Below are positions 1-8,047 of a stretch of DNA of 63,136 nucleotides, one piece after another. Position 1 is the first letter of the stretch; each line of letters starts with the position of its first letter. The notes under the pieces are model-generated. The model ran no database searches and was not told the DNA's origin. It saw nothing but the letters and a program-made list of their open reading frames with translations. Source of the DNA: Thermoleophilia bacterium (GTDB lineage: Bacteria; Actinomycetota; Thermoleophilia; Gaiellales; Gaiellaceae); NCBI GenBank assembly GCA_025929425.1, contig JAICME010000001.1, forward strand, positions 1 to 63,136, written 5' to 3'. The translations under genes and the position numbers were made by a program.

Positions 1-1
1 G

Positions 2-184
2 ATGGAGCAGTCCCTCGCCGACCTCGTCCTCCGCCGCGTGATCAGCCGTAACACGGCGCTTGGCGTGACGAGCCGGCGTGAGGAGTTCGAAGCCCTCCTT
101 GCCCGCAGCGGCGTCGCACCACGCACAGACGAACACCTCCCCGAGGCCCTCCGTGGCCTCCGAATCGCAGGAGCCACACAGTGA
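2..184 (+). CDS. pilT: Type IV pilus retraction ATPase PilT-like, C-terminal fragment (gene begins upstream of the window)
   Basis: The ORF is open to the window edge. The tail MEQSLADLVLRRVIS...EEFEALL resembles the conserved PilT/PilU C-terminal helix. Its stop overlaps the pilM GTG (GTGA at 181-184). Confidence 0.5.
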   Translation: MEQSLADLVLRRVISRNTALGVTSRREEFEALLARSGVAPRTDEHLPEALRGLRIAGATQ

Positions 185-1407
185 GCGGGATCAGCGACTT
201 CCTGAAAAAGGACCTCTCCTTGAAGCGCAAGCCTTCGGCAAGTGCCGAGGCCGCAACCACCACGACGGAGGAGCCGAAGACCGAGGCGCCGAAGCGGAGC
301 GTGTCGCTTCCCAAGCGAGCGCCGAAGCAACGGAAGAGCGCCGCGCCGATTGCGAGCGGCCGGCACAAGCAGCTCGTCGGGCTGAGCATCGGTGCATCCG
401 AGCTCGCTGCCGCCGTCGTCGTGAACAACGGCCGGCCGAAGCTCGTCAAGGCCGCGCGGCACACCCTTCCTGCCGACGTCGTCGCGAGCGGCGAGGTGCG
501 CGATCCCGAAGTCCTCGCCAACGAGATCTCGGCCTTCTTCCAGGAGGCCGACCTTCCGCGCAAGAACGTGCGGCTCGGCATCGGCAGCAGCCGGACCGGT
601 GTTCGTGTCTTCGAGCGGCCGGAGGTCGACGACCCGCGGCAGCTCGCCAACGCGATCCGTTTCCGCGCGTACGAGACCCTTCCGATCCCGATCGAGGAAG
701 CGATGCTCGACTACCACGTCGTCGAGAGCGCGACGGCACCCGACCGGGTGCTGCTCGCGGTCGCCTATCGCGACCTCGTCGACCGCTTCGCGGCGACGTG
801 CACCGCGGCGAAGATCGAGCTCGCGGGAATCGACATCGAGGCGTTTGCCCTCCTGCGTGCAGTCGGCGGCGAGCCGCTTGCTGCCGACCAGCGCGCCGAG
901 GCCGCCCGCGTGGCCGTCTCGATCGGACACGACCGCACGACGGTCGCCGTCTCCGACGGACGACTCTGCGAGTTCACGAGAGTGCTCGACTGGGGCGGCG
1001 TCCGCGTCACCTCGGCGATCGAGCGGGCCCTCGAGGTGGACGCCACCGAGGCCGACCGGATCAAGCGGTCGATCGACATCTCGAGCCAGGCTCCTGCGGA
1101 TCCGGCCGACGAGCGCACCGGCAAGGCGGTCGAGGCCGCTCGCCGCGAGGTGCACGGCCTGGCCCGCGAGCTGGCCTCCTCTCTCCACTTCTACCAGGAT
1201 CAGCCCGACTCCCTGGGCTTCGCCGAGATCATCATCACCGGCGGCGGCGCCCACCTACAGGGACTGGCCGAGCAGCTCGAGGAGCTGGTCGGCATCAGCG
1301 TCCGTGTCGCCGACCCATTCGCGCGCGTCGGCTCGGGACACGGCATCAGCTCCGGTGGCCAGGACGGCTCGCTCGCCGTCGCAATCGGACTGGGAATCGA
1401 GGACTGA
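181..1407 (+). CDS. pilM: Type IV pilus assembly protein PilM (actin-like ATPase fold)
   Basis: 408 aa. PilM-like strings are VGLSIGASELAAAVV, AGIDIEAFALLRAV and IIITGGGAHLQGL. It sits immediately before pilN/pilO. Confidence 0.8.
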   Translation: MSGISDFLKKDLSLKRKPSASAEAATTTTEEPKTEAPKRSVSLPKRAPKQRKSAAPIASGRHKQLVGLSIGASELAAAVVVNNGRPKLVKAARHTLPADVVASGEVRDPEVLANEISAFFQEADLPRKNVRLGIGSSRTGVRVFERPEVDDPRQLANAIRFRAYETLPIPIEEAMLDYHVVESATAPDRVLLAVAYRDLVDRFAATCTAAKIELAGIDIEAFALLRAVGGEPLAADQRAEAARVAVSIGHDRTTVAVSDGRLCEFTRVLDWGGVRVTSAIERALEVDATEADRIKRSIDISSQAPADPADERTGKAVEAARREVHGLARELASSLHFYQDQPDSLGFAEIIITGGGAHLQGLAEQLEELVGISVRVADPFARVGSGHGISSGGQDGSLAVAIGLGIED

Positions 1408-2033
1408 TGCGCGCCGTCAACCTACTCCCCCGCCAGCAGGTCCAGCGGACCCGGGAACGGACGAACACGGTCGCGCTCGGAGCCGGAATCGGCGGAGCCG
1501 TGGTCGTGCTCGTGCTCGTCGCAGGCTTCCTGCTCGCGAACCGGAGCGTCAACAGGCAACGTGACGCCCTCTCCACCGCTCGGGCTGTGCTAGCCGCCAC
1601 GCCGGCGCATCACGTCTCGGCAGAGACGAATGCCTTCCGCTCCTCGATCCTCAATCAGCGGGAGCAGCGGTCGCTCGCCCTCGCAGCGGCGATCGGCAGG
1701 CGGGTCGCCTGGGATCGCATCCTGCGCCGGATGGCGCTCGTCCTACCCGACGACGTCTGGCTGACGAACGTCACCGGCACGATGCCGCTCGAGCCTACGA
1801 CCGCCACGGTGCCGACGACCCCGAGTGCCTTGCCGACTGCCCCGACCGCGCTCACGCTTCAGGGGAGCACCTACAGCCAGGCCGGTGTCGCGCGGCTTCT
1901 CGCGCGCCTCCAGGTCGTCCCCGACCTCAAGAACGTCCAGCTCCAGACCAGCACCGCAACCATGATTGGCAATCAGCGGATCATCAACTTCACCATCGTC
2001 TCGGACATCCGCAAGGGAAGGGGAGCCTCGTGA
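1407..2033 (+). CDS. pilN: Type IV pilus assembly protein PilN
   Basis: ATG 1407 overlaps the pilM stop (TGATG). The N-terminus MRAVNLLPRQQ plus one TM helix (LGAGIGGAVVVLVLVAGFLL) is the classic PilN start. ORF-track entry 78..2033 is this gene plus a non-genic upstream extension. Confidence 0.75.
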   Translation: MRAVNLLPRQQVQRTRERTNTVALGAGIGGAVVVLVLVAGFLLANRSVNRQRDALSTARAVLAATPAHHVSAETNAFRSSILNQREQRSLALAAAIGRRVAWDRILRRMALVLPDDVWLTNVTGTMPLEPTTATVPTTPSALPTAPTALTLQGSTYSQAGVARLLARLQVVPDLKNVQLQTSTATMIGNQRIINFTIVSDIRKGRGAS

Positions 2034-2746
2034 CCGCCCGTCTTGCAAGCCTTTCGCCGAGGGCGCAGGGCGCGGTCGTCGCCGGTGTGCTCCTCGTCGT
2101 CCTCCTGCTCGGCTACCTCGTTCTGATCTCGCCGAAGCGCTCGACCGCCGCAGACCTGAAGAAGCAGACGGCGGCGGTGCAGCAGCAGATCGACCAGAAC
2201 AGCTCGAGCGCGTTCACGAAGGCCCTGCCGGCGGTGCGCGCGGCCAGCATCTTCAAGTTGACGCAGGCGATGCCGAGTCAGCTCGACACGCCCGACGTGA
2301 TCCTGCAGCTGAACCAGCTCGCCGAGGACTCGGGCCTGTCGTTCGACCAGGTCCAGCCGGGCGCTGGGGCCTCGAGCCTCGGCAGCACGCTCACAACGGA
2401 CCCGTTCGCGGCCGAGCCGATCCAGGTTCAGTTCACGGGAAACTTCTACAACCTCCTCGCATTCCTCCAGCGGCTGCGCAACCTCGTTCGCGTGGAGAAC
2501 GGAAACCTCTTCACCGCCGGCCGCCTGTTCGACGTCAGTGACGTCGCGTTCGCTGCCGGATCGAAGGGATTCCCGCAGATCCAGGCGACATTGACCATCA
2601 ATGCCTTCGTGCCCCAGGCGCCGGCCTCGACCGCGGTGGTTCCGGGCTCGACCGACACGACGTCGACGACCACGACCGCCACGACCACGACCACGACCTC
2701 GAACCCCACGTCGGCGGCGCCGAGCACGAGCGGAGGGACCTCATGA
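2030..2746 (+). CDS. pilO: Type IV pilus assembly protein PilO-like with Thr-rich C-terminal tail
   Basis: GTGA overlap with pilN. It has an N-terminal TM (AVVAGVLLVVLLLGYLVLI), then a coiled-coil (ADLKKQTAAVQQQID) and a PilO-like core. The tail is TTSTTTTATTTTTTS. Confidence 0.7.
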   Translation: MTARLASLSPRAQGAVVAGVLLVVLLLGYLVLISPKRSTAADLKKQTAAVQQQIDQNSSSAFTKALPAVRAASIFKLTQAMPSQLDTPDVILQLNQLAEDSGLSFDQVQPGAGASSLGSTLTTDPFAAEPIQVQFTGNFYNLLAFLQRLRNLVRVENGNLFTAGRLFDVSDVAFAAGSKGFPQIQATLTINAFVPQAPASTAVVPGSTDTTSTTTTATTTTTTSNPTSAAPSTSGGTS

Positions 2747-3459
2747 GCCGTAAGAGCAGAATGAAGGGTGTCCGGGAAGCGAAGGATCGGCGCGCGAAGC
2801 GGATGGCCATCGGTGGCGCAGTCCTGCTCGTCGCAGTCCTCGCCTTCGAGATGCCCAAGGTCCTCAAGAGCCACGGCGGCAGCAACAGCTCTGCGCCTCC
2901 GGCTGCAACGACGACCACTACGAGCTACGGGGCTTCGACGACGCCCACGGGCACGCCTGTCGCGTCCGCGGCTGTCTTGCCTGCACCGAGCGCGAAGCTG
3001 ACGAGTTCGGACCTCGCACCGCGGCGATCGAAGTCGGAGCTCTACTCGTTCAGTCATTTCGCCGGCAAGGACCCGTTCGTCCAGCAGGTTTCGGCCTCCG
3101 ACATCACGAGCTCGCCGTCTGGGACCTCCGGCGCGAGCGGTGGTAGCAGCGGTGTCATCACCGCCGGCCCCCCGCCCTCGGCGCGGACGACGGCCGCGCG
3201 CATGCTCGCCCGGACTGGTGTGGTGACGCTCCAGGTCAACGGCAAGACTCAGTCGGTCCGGGTCGGCGGAAGCTTCCCGAGCTCGAACCCGCTCTTCAAG
3301 CTCGTCTCGGTCTCGCGTGGACTCGTGAGGATCGGCATCGCAAGCGGCTCGTACCAGAGCGGGGCGCAGACGGTCTCGCTCGTCTCTGGCCGCACGCTGA
3401 CCCTCGTCGACACGGCGGATGGCGTTCGCTACCGGATCAGGTTGCTCTCGGCGTCGTGA
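2743..3459 (+). CDS. PilP-like pilus assembly protein (membrane-anchored, Ser/Thr-rich linker)
   Basis: ATGA overlap with pilO. It has an N-terminal TM (IGGAVLLVAVLAF), a low-complexity linker, a GKDPF motif (PilP proteins carry R/K-D/N-PF) and a C-terminal beta-rich domain. Operon position supports the call. Confidence 0.5.
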   Translation: MSRKSRMKGVREAKDRRAKRMAIGGAVLLVAVLAFEMPKVLKSHGGSNSSAPPAATTTTTSYGASTTPTGTPVASAAVLPAPSAKLTSSDLAPRRSKSELYSFSHFAGKDPFVQQVSASDITSSPSGTSGASGGSSGVITAGPPPSARTTAARMLARTGVVTLQVNGKTQSVRVGGSFPSSNPLFKLVSVSRGLVRIGIASGSYQSGAQTVSLVSGRTLTLVDTADGVRYRIRLLSAS

Positions 3460-3959
3460 CCGCGGCTGTAGTCATCGATCTGCGGAGGGGCCGCCTGAGC
3501 GGGCTCTTCGCGAGAATGCGCGACGAAGACGGGATCGGGCTCATCGAGCTCCTGATCGCGCTCCTCGTCCTGAACGTCGGCATCTTCGCCACGCTCGGCG
3601 CGTTCACCTCGGCGGCGTCGACTCTGAAGCGCTCGAGCCGGATCTCCACAGCCGCGGCTATCGCCGATCAGGAGATCGAGGCGCTGCATAACCTCAAGTA
3701 CAGCCAGATCGTCAACGTCGGCCCGGCCGCGTGGCCAAGCGCGCAGACGCCCGACGGCGGGTCCTACACCTTTCAGGTCGTGGTGACCTCAGGAGCCGGC
3801 GTCCAGGTCACCGGCGGCAGCGCGAACCTCAAGCAGGCCGCAGTGACCGTGACCAGCAACGCCGACCCCAGGGCCAAGGTGACCAGCATCACGACCTTCT
3901 CCCGGTGTACGCAGTCGGGCCTCCAAGGAGATACAGGGCAGACGCCCTGTCAGAGCTGA
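3456..3959 (+). CDS. Prepilin-type N-terminal cleavage/methylation domain protein (minor pilin / pseudopilin)
   Basis: The class III signal is ...MRDEDG|IGLIELLIALLVLNVGIFATLGAF, with Gly at -1 and Glu at +5. An alternative in-frame ATG at 3516 would give the classic 6-aa leader MRDEDG. The GTG at 3456 overlaps the upstream stop. Confidence 0.8.
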   Translation: MTAAVVIDLRRGRLSGLFARMRDEDGIGLIELLIALLVLNVGIFATLGAFTSAASTLKRSSRISTAAAIADQEIEALHNLKYSQIVNVGPAAWPSAQTPDGGSYTFQVVVTSGAGVQVTGGSANLKQAAVTVTSNADPRAKVTSITTFSRCTQSGLQGDTGQTPCQS

Positions 3960-5179
3960 TGGCCGGCTTCGCTTACAGCGCAATCAGCATCGACGGGCTC
4001 GAGACCGTCGGCGAAATCCACGCGCCCGACCTCGAGGCAGCCCGCGAGCAGCTTCGTATTCGCGGTCTGCTCGCGCACACGCTTCGCGAACTTCCCGCCA
4101 GCGGCGAGGACAACCTGCGGACGGCGTTCAAGAAGATCAAGCCTCGCTCGATGCAGATCTTCTCGCGCCAGTTCGCGACCATGATCGAGGCCGGCCTCAA
4201 CATCGTCGCGTCCCTCGTGATCCTCGAGGAGCAGACCGACGATGTCTATCTGGCCGAGATCATCTCCGAGCTCCGCGCCGACGTCGAGGGAGGCCTTCTC
4301 CTCTCTCAGGCGATGGCGCGGCACCCGAAGGTGTTCAACGAGCTCTATGTCTCGATGGTGCAGGCCGGTGAGGCCTCGGGCATGCTCGACAACGTCCTCG
4401 ACCGTGTCGCGGACCAGATCGAGAAGGAGACGAAGCTCAAGCGCCGCGTGAAGGGCGCGATGATCTACCCGACGGTGGTCTTCACCTTCGCCACGCTCGT
4501 CCTCGTGGCCATGCTGATGTTCATCGTCCCGATCTTCGCGAGGATCTTCACCGAGCTGGGCGGCCAGCTGCCGTTCCTGACACGGGTCGTCGTGAGCGCC
4601 TCCGACCTCCTTCGGGCGCGGTGGTACATCATCTTCCCGCTCGTCGCGTTCGGCGTCTGGGGCACGCTTCGCTACAAGAAGTCCGAGTCAGGCCGCCAGA
4701 AGTGGGATCAGATCAAGCTCCGGATCCCGCTCAAGATCGGCGAGGTCGTGCTCAAGATCACGATGGCGCGGCTCCTGCGCACGCTTGCCACGCTCGTCGC
4801 CGCCGGCGTCGACATCATCAAGGCGCTCGAGATCTCAGGCTCGACGGCCGGCAACTGGCTCGTCGAGAAGGCGCTGACCGACGCCCGCATCAAGGTGCAG
4901 GAGGGCGTTCCGATTGCCGAGCCGCTGACGAACAACCCGCTCTTCCCGCCCATGGTCAGTCAGATGGTCAAGATCGGCGAGGAGACGGGTGAGCTCGAGA
5001 AGATGCTCTCGAAGATCGCCGACTTCTACGAGGACGAGGTCGACAGCGCGATCCAGTCCCTGACCTCCATCATCGAGCCGATCATGATGATCGGAGTCGG
5101 GATGATGGTCGGCGTCATCATCATCGCGATGTACCTGCCGATGTTCAAGATGATGCAGCTGATCGGTAACTCCGGCTGA
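3959..5179 (+). CDS. pilC: Type IV pilus platform protein PilC (GspF family)
   Basis: ATG 3959 overlaps the upstream TGA. The 407-aa protein has two GspF-type repeats (FSRQFATMIEAGLNIVASL; MARLLRTLATLVAAGVDIIKAL) and TM helices. ORF-track 3731..5179 carries a non-genic N-terminal extension. Confidence 0.88.
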   Translation: MAGFAYSAISIDGLETVGEIHAPDLEAAREQLRIRGLLAHTLRELPASGEDNLRTAFKKIKPRSMQIFSRQFATMIEAGLNIVASLVILEEQTDDVYLAEIISELRADVEGGLLLSQAMARHPKVFNELYVSMVQAGEASGMLDNVLDRVADQIEKETKLKRRVKGAMIYPTVVFTFATLVLVAMLMFIVPIFARIFTELGGQLPFLTRVVVSASDLLRARWYIIFPLVAFGVWGTLRYKKSESGRQKWDQIKLRIPLKIGEVVLKITMARLLRTLATLVAAGVDIIKALEISGSTAGNWLVEKALTDARIKVQEGVPIAEPLTNNPLFPPMVSQMVKIGEETGELEKMLSKIADFYEDEVDSAIQSLTSIIEPIMMIGVGMMVGVIIIAMYLPMFKMMQLIGNSG

Positions 5180-6287
5180 TCCGGCTGAGCCCGGCGCACG
5201 AGACGGCATAGACGGCACGTATCGCGGCTCGCTCCAGACCGCGGGCGCGAGCCGGGTCGGGCATGTCGCCCTGCAGCATCTTCGCAAGGGCGCGGAACGT
5301 GATCGGTAGCCGCGCGAGCGCGTAGGTCGTGCCCGGGAAGTGCTCGAACGCGCGCTTCGCCTGCCAGCCGGCCCGGGTCAGCGGCGTAATCCGCCGTTCC
5401 ACCGCCGCCTGGTACGGCTCGAGCGTCTCGGCGCGGCCGGCGAGCACGTCGAGCGCCGCCTCGGACACGAGCTGCGCGGAGAGGAACGCCTCGTACATCC
5501 CGTCCCCCGAGAGCGGGTCGACGAGCCCGGCGGCATCTCCGATCACGGCCGTCGTCCCACGCGCGAGCCGTGTGGCGGTCAGCCGCATCGGCAGCCGGTA
5601 GCCGCGGGTGTCCTGCGCCGCGGCCGGGTCGATGCCGTAGGCCTCGCACATCCGCTGCAGCTCGGCGCGAAGCTTCGGCCCCTCCTCCCCGTTCCCGCCG
5701 ACGCCGACGTTGATGTGGTCGCCCTTCGGAAAGATCCAGCCGTAGCCACCACGGATGACGGCGATCTCGAGCACCATCGCTCCCGCGTAGCGGGCTTCGT
5801 ACGGGTAGTTCGCCTCGAGCGCGACGCCGTGCTCGACCTGCTCGGCGAGGCCGAGCTGTTTCGCGGACGCGCCGTTGCAGCCGTCGGCGCCGATCACGAT
5901 CCGCGCATCGAGCTCCCGTGCGTCGGCCGTCTCCCCCTCTCGCACCTCCGCCCCGGCCTCGGCCGCCTTGTGGAGGAGGAAATGGTCGAGCCGCTTCCGC
6001 TGGGTCATGTACGCGAGAGGCGCATGCGCCCGGCGGGTGAAGCGGTGCCGGTAGCGAAGCCCACACTCGAGCCGGTGGGCGACGTCCTCGACCACGGGCT
6101 CGATCGAGAACGGCAGCAACCGCGCAGCGCGACCGGTCACGCCGCCGCCGCACGGCTTGTCGCGCGGGAACCTCGCCTTGTCTATGAGGAGCACGCTCGC
6201 GCCCGCGGTCGCCAGCCGATACGCGGCCGTCGAACCCGCGGGCCCACCGCCGACGATTGCAACGTCGTAGCTCGTCACGACCCCCAA
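5145..6287 (-). CDS. Geranylgeranyl reductase family FAD-dependent oxidoreductase
   Basis: The N-terminus YDVAIVGGGPAGSTAAYRLATAGASVLLIDKARFPRDKPCGGGV is typical of this family. The 3' end overlaps pilC convergently by 35 nt. Confidence 0.8.
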   Translation of the reverse strand: MGVVTSYDVAIVGGGPAGSTAAYRLATAGASVLLIDKARFPRDKPCGGGVTGRAARLLPFSIEPVVEDVAHRLECGLRYRHRFTRRAHAPLAYMTQRKRLDHFLLHKAAEAGAEVREGETADARELDARIVIGADGCNGASAKQLGLAEQVEHGVALEANYPYEARYAGAMVLEIAVIRGGYGWIFPKGDHINVGVGGNGEEGPKLRAELQRMCEAYGIDPAAAQDTRGYRLPMRLTATRLARGTTAVIGDAAGLVDPLSGDGMYEAFLSAQLVSEAALDVLAGRAETLEPYQAAVERRITPLTRAGWQAKRAFEHFPGTTYALARLPITFRALAKMLQGDMPDPARARGLERAAIRAVYAVSCAGLSRISRSYRSAASS

Positions 6288-6309
6288 AGCTACAATGGCG
6301 CCCCTCGTC

Positions 6310-6391
6310 GGGGGTGTGCCCGAGCGGCCAAAGGGAACGGGCTGTAAACCCGTCGGCTCAGCCTACGGAGGTTCGAATCCTCCCGCCCCCA
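6310..6391 (+). tRNA. tRNA-Tyr (anticodon GUA), class II with long variable arm, no encoded CCA
   Basis: Hand-folded. Acceptor GGGGGTG/CGCCCCC (one G-U). D-arm CCCG-AGCGGCCAAA-GGGA. Anticodon stem ACGGG/CCCGT with loop CTGTAAA. Long variable arm. T-arm GGAGG-TTCGAAT-CCTCC. Closely parallels E. coli tyrT. Confidence 0.9.
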
Positions 6392-6404
6392 CTCACTCAC
6401 TCAC

Positions 6405-7133
6405 TCACAGCGGGGCGCTTTGGAGGATGTTCACCGCCCTCGCCACAACCATCACGGCGAGGGCGAGGCTGATCGCCGACTCGATGAGCATCAGCATCTT
6501 CGCCCAGCGGCTCAGCGGCATCGCATCCGTGGGACTGAACGCCGTCGCATTCGTGAACGAGACGTAGAGGTAGTCGAGAAACTGAGGCTGCCAGCCCATT
6601 TCCGCGAACTGCGGCTCCGTTTGCTGAGGGAAGAGAAAGTCGCGCTCCGTGTGGGTGCGCGTCGGGCGTGTGATCGGCCCGCCGGCATCGAGCTGCCAGT
6701 ACCAGAGCGCGAAGAGAAGGACGTTCACGACCCACATGTGGACCGCGGCTCTGAGCAGCGTCGAAGCGGTCGCCTGCGCGCCGTTCACGAGTAGGTGGAT
6801 GAGGAGGATGATCGATGCCGAGTTCGCGGCGCTGACGATCGCGATCGACGCCAGGACGAGGCGGCGGCGGGTCACGCGCAGGACCTCCGGACGCCGCTCG
6901 AGAGCTCGCGCGAACGGCCCGCTCGGGCGGATGATGCCGAGCGCGACCAGGACGAGGACGGTGAGTGCCGGGACGACCCAGCGGACGACGCCGAAGGCTC
7001 CCCCACCCGAGCTCACGATGAAGCGCGAAGGGAGGTCGGCGTAGAGCCCGGCCGCCGCGACTAGCGCCGCTGCAGGCCAGAGCGGCGACTCGCCGAGCTC
7101 ATCGCTCGGCGCGAGCGCGCGGCGCACGTCCAC
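6405..7133 (-). CDS. Integral membrane protein (tentatively DUF1345-like)
   Basis: 242 aa with about 5-6 hydrophobic helices. The C-terminal string LYVSFTNATAFSPTDAMPLSRWAKMLMLIESAISLAL recalls DUF1345. The family call is unverified. Confidence 0.6.
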   Translation of the reverse strand: MDVRRALAPSDELGESPLWPAAALVAAAGLYADLPSRFIVSSGGGAFGVVRWVVPALTVLVLVALGIIRPSGPFARALERRPEVLRVTRRRLVLASIAIVSAANSASIILLIHLLVNGAQATASTLLRAAVHMWVVNVLLFALWYWQLDAGGPITRPTRTHTERDFLFPQQTEPQFAEMGWQPQFLDYLYVSFTNATAFSPTDAMPLSRWAKMLMLIESAISLALAVMVVARAVNILQSAPL

Positions 7134-7198
7134 CCGTGTGAGGCTACGCGGGGCGTCGGCGGGAACCGCCCGCGAACGGGGCTACAATCGGCCTTCCA

Positions 7199-7271
7199 GC
7201 CCTCTTAGCTCAGTTGGTAGAGCACCTCCATGGTAAGGAGGGGGTCGACGGTTCGAGTCCGTCAGAGGGCT
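7199..7271 (+). tRNA. tRNA-Thr (anticodon GGU)
   Basis: Hand-folded. Acceptor GCCCTCT/AGAGGGC. D-arm GCTC-AGTTGGTA-GAGC. Anticodon stem CCTCC/GGAGG with loop ATGGTAA. T-arm GACGG-TTCGAGT-CCGTC. Discriminator T. Confidence 0.92.
7230..7271 (+). repeat. attL-like copy of a 42-bp direct repeat (3' half of tRNA-Thr)
   Basis: ATGGTAAGGAGGGGGTCGACGGTTCGAGTCCGTCAGAGGGCT is identical to 18362-18403. A further ACCTC matches one mismatch upstream in both copies. Confidence 0.9.
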
Positions 7272-7332
7272 TTGCTGATTTGCAGGGACTTCGGCTTAGT
7301 AACCGGCTGGCACTCGAACCAAGATCCCATGT

Positions 7333-7351
7333 GAGGGAACACTGAGGGAAC
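7333..7351 (+). repeat. 19-bp motif GAGGGAACACTGAGGGAAC (internal GAGGGAAC x2), left-arm copy
   Basis: Identical to 18223-18241. Lies 62 nt inside the island from the tRNA end. Confidence 0.85.
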
Positions 7352-7589
7352 TCGCGGCGTTCTGATTCGGCAGAGAACCGAGGGGCGCGTTGACCTACGT
7401 GAACCGGCCGCAGGAGGGTTCGAGGTCAGCTGTGCCTAGCTCAACCTGCAGCGAAGATTCGCCGAGCCGGTGCGATAGACGCGTGGGCGCCGTCGCTATC
7501 GGCACGAGTCCAACTAGACCCGTCCCGGCCTCGGGAAGGTGGTCGCGGCCGGCACCTTCAGGAGCACACTTGCCGATGCAGCTGCGTTG

Positions 7590-7967
7590 TCACGAGCCCA
7601 CTAACCAGAGGAGCACGTTCTCCCACTCACTGAAGGCGTCGGGTCCGGTTGTATCCCACTCGTCGGGAAGCTCCGCCTCCTGGAGTCCTCGATGGAAACC
7701 GCGCAGTGTCCACTCTGTGACCATCCAGACCACGACGCGGACCGGGACCGAGTACGTCTTTCCCTTCTGGAGTTCCGCAAGGAGGCGCAAGAAGACCCGC
7801 TGCGCCGCCTCGTCGCCGGCCTCGCGTGTTCCGAGCCGGAAGAAGCAGCGATCGCGCACCGGCGTGAAGTAGCCGGCGAGCAGCAGCTTGTGCTCCCCCT
7901 CATGTAGTAGCCGCTGATCCTCAGCGTCGCGAGCATCGTGCATCGACGACATAGTCCTCGAGGACAC
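7590..7967 (-). CDS. Sigma-70/ECF region-2-like protein lacking region 4 (truncated sigma or stand-alone sigma2 domain)
   Basis: 125 aa. AGDEAAQRVFLRLLAELQKGKTY..PVRVVVWMVTEWTLRGFHR matches the sigma region 2.1-2.4 pattern. No HTH region 4 follows. Confidence 0.5.
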   Translation of the reverse strand: MSSRTMSSMHDARDAEDQRLLHEGEHKLLLAGYFTPVRDRCFFRLGTREAGDEAAQRVFLRLLAELQKGKTYSVPVRVVVWMVTEWTLRGFHRGLQEAELPDEWDTTGPDAFSEWENVLLWLVGS

Positions 7968-8047
7968 GGCTCGATCTTACGACGACCCGATTGGAAGTAA
8001 GAGAACGCGCTCGACTCGGGGACTCCTTGGAAATGAAAGGAGCCCAG

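Noticed and set aside
6391-6410. An (ACTC)4-5 microsatellite immediately after tRNA-Tyr.
   Set aside because: It is very short and has no second copy or associated structure. It is most simply a trivial simple-sequence tract in a tRNA trailer.
7381-7589. In-frame read-through after the stop of the sigma2-only ORF (69 further sense codons), checked as a possible lost sigma region 4.
   Set aside because: The translation (QRSCIGKCAPEGAGRDHLPEAGTGLVGLVPIATAPTRLSHRLGESSLQVELGTADLEP...) shows no region-4 HTH pattern, so I could not support a simple nonsense-mutation pseudogene model.
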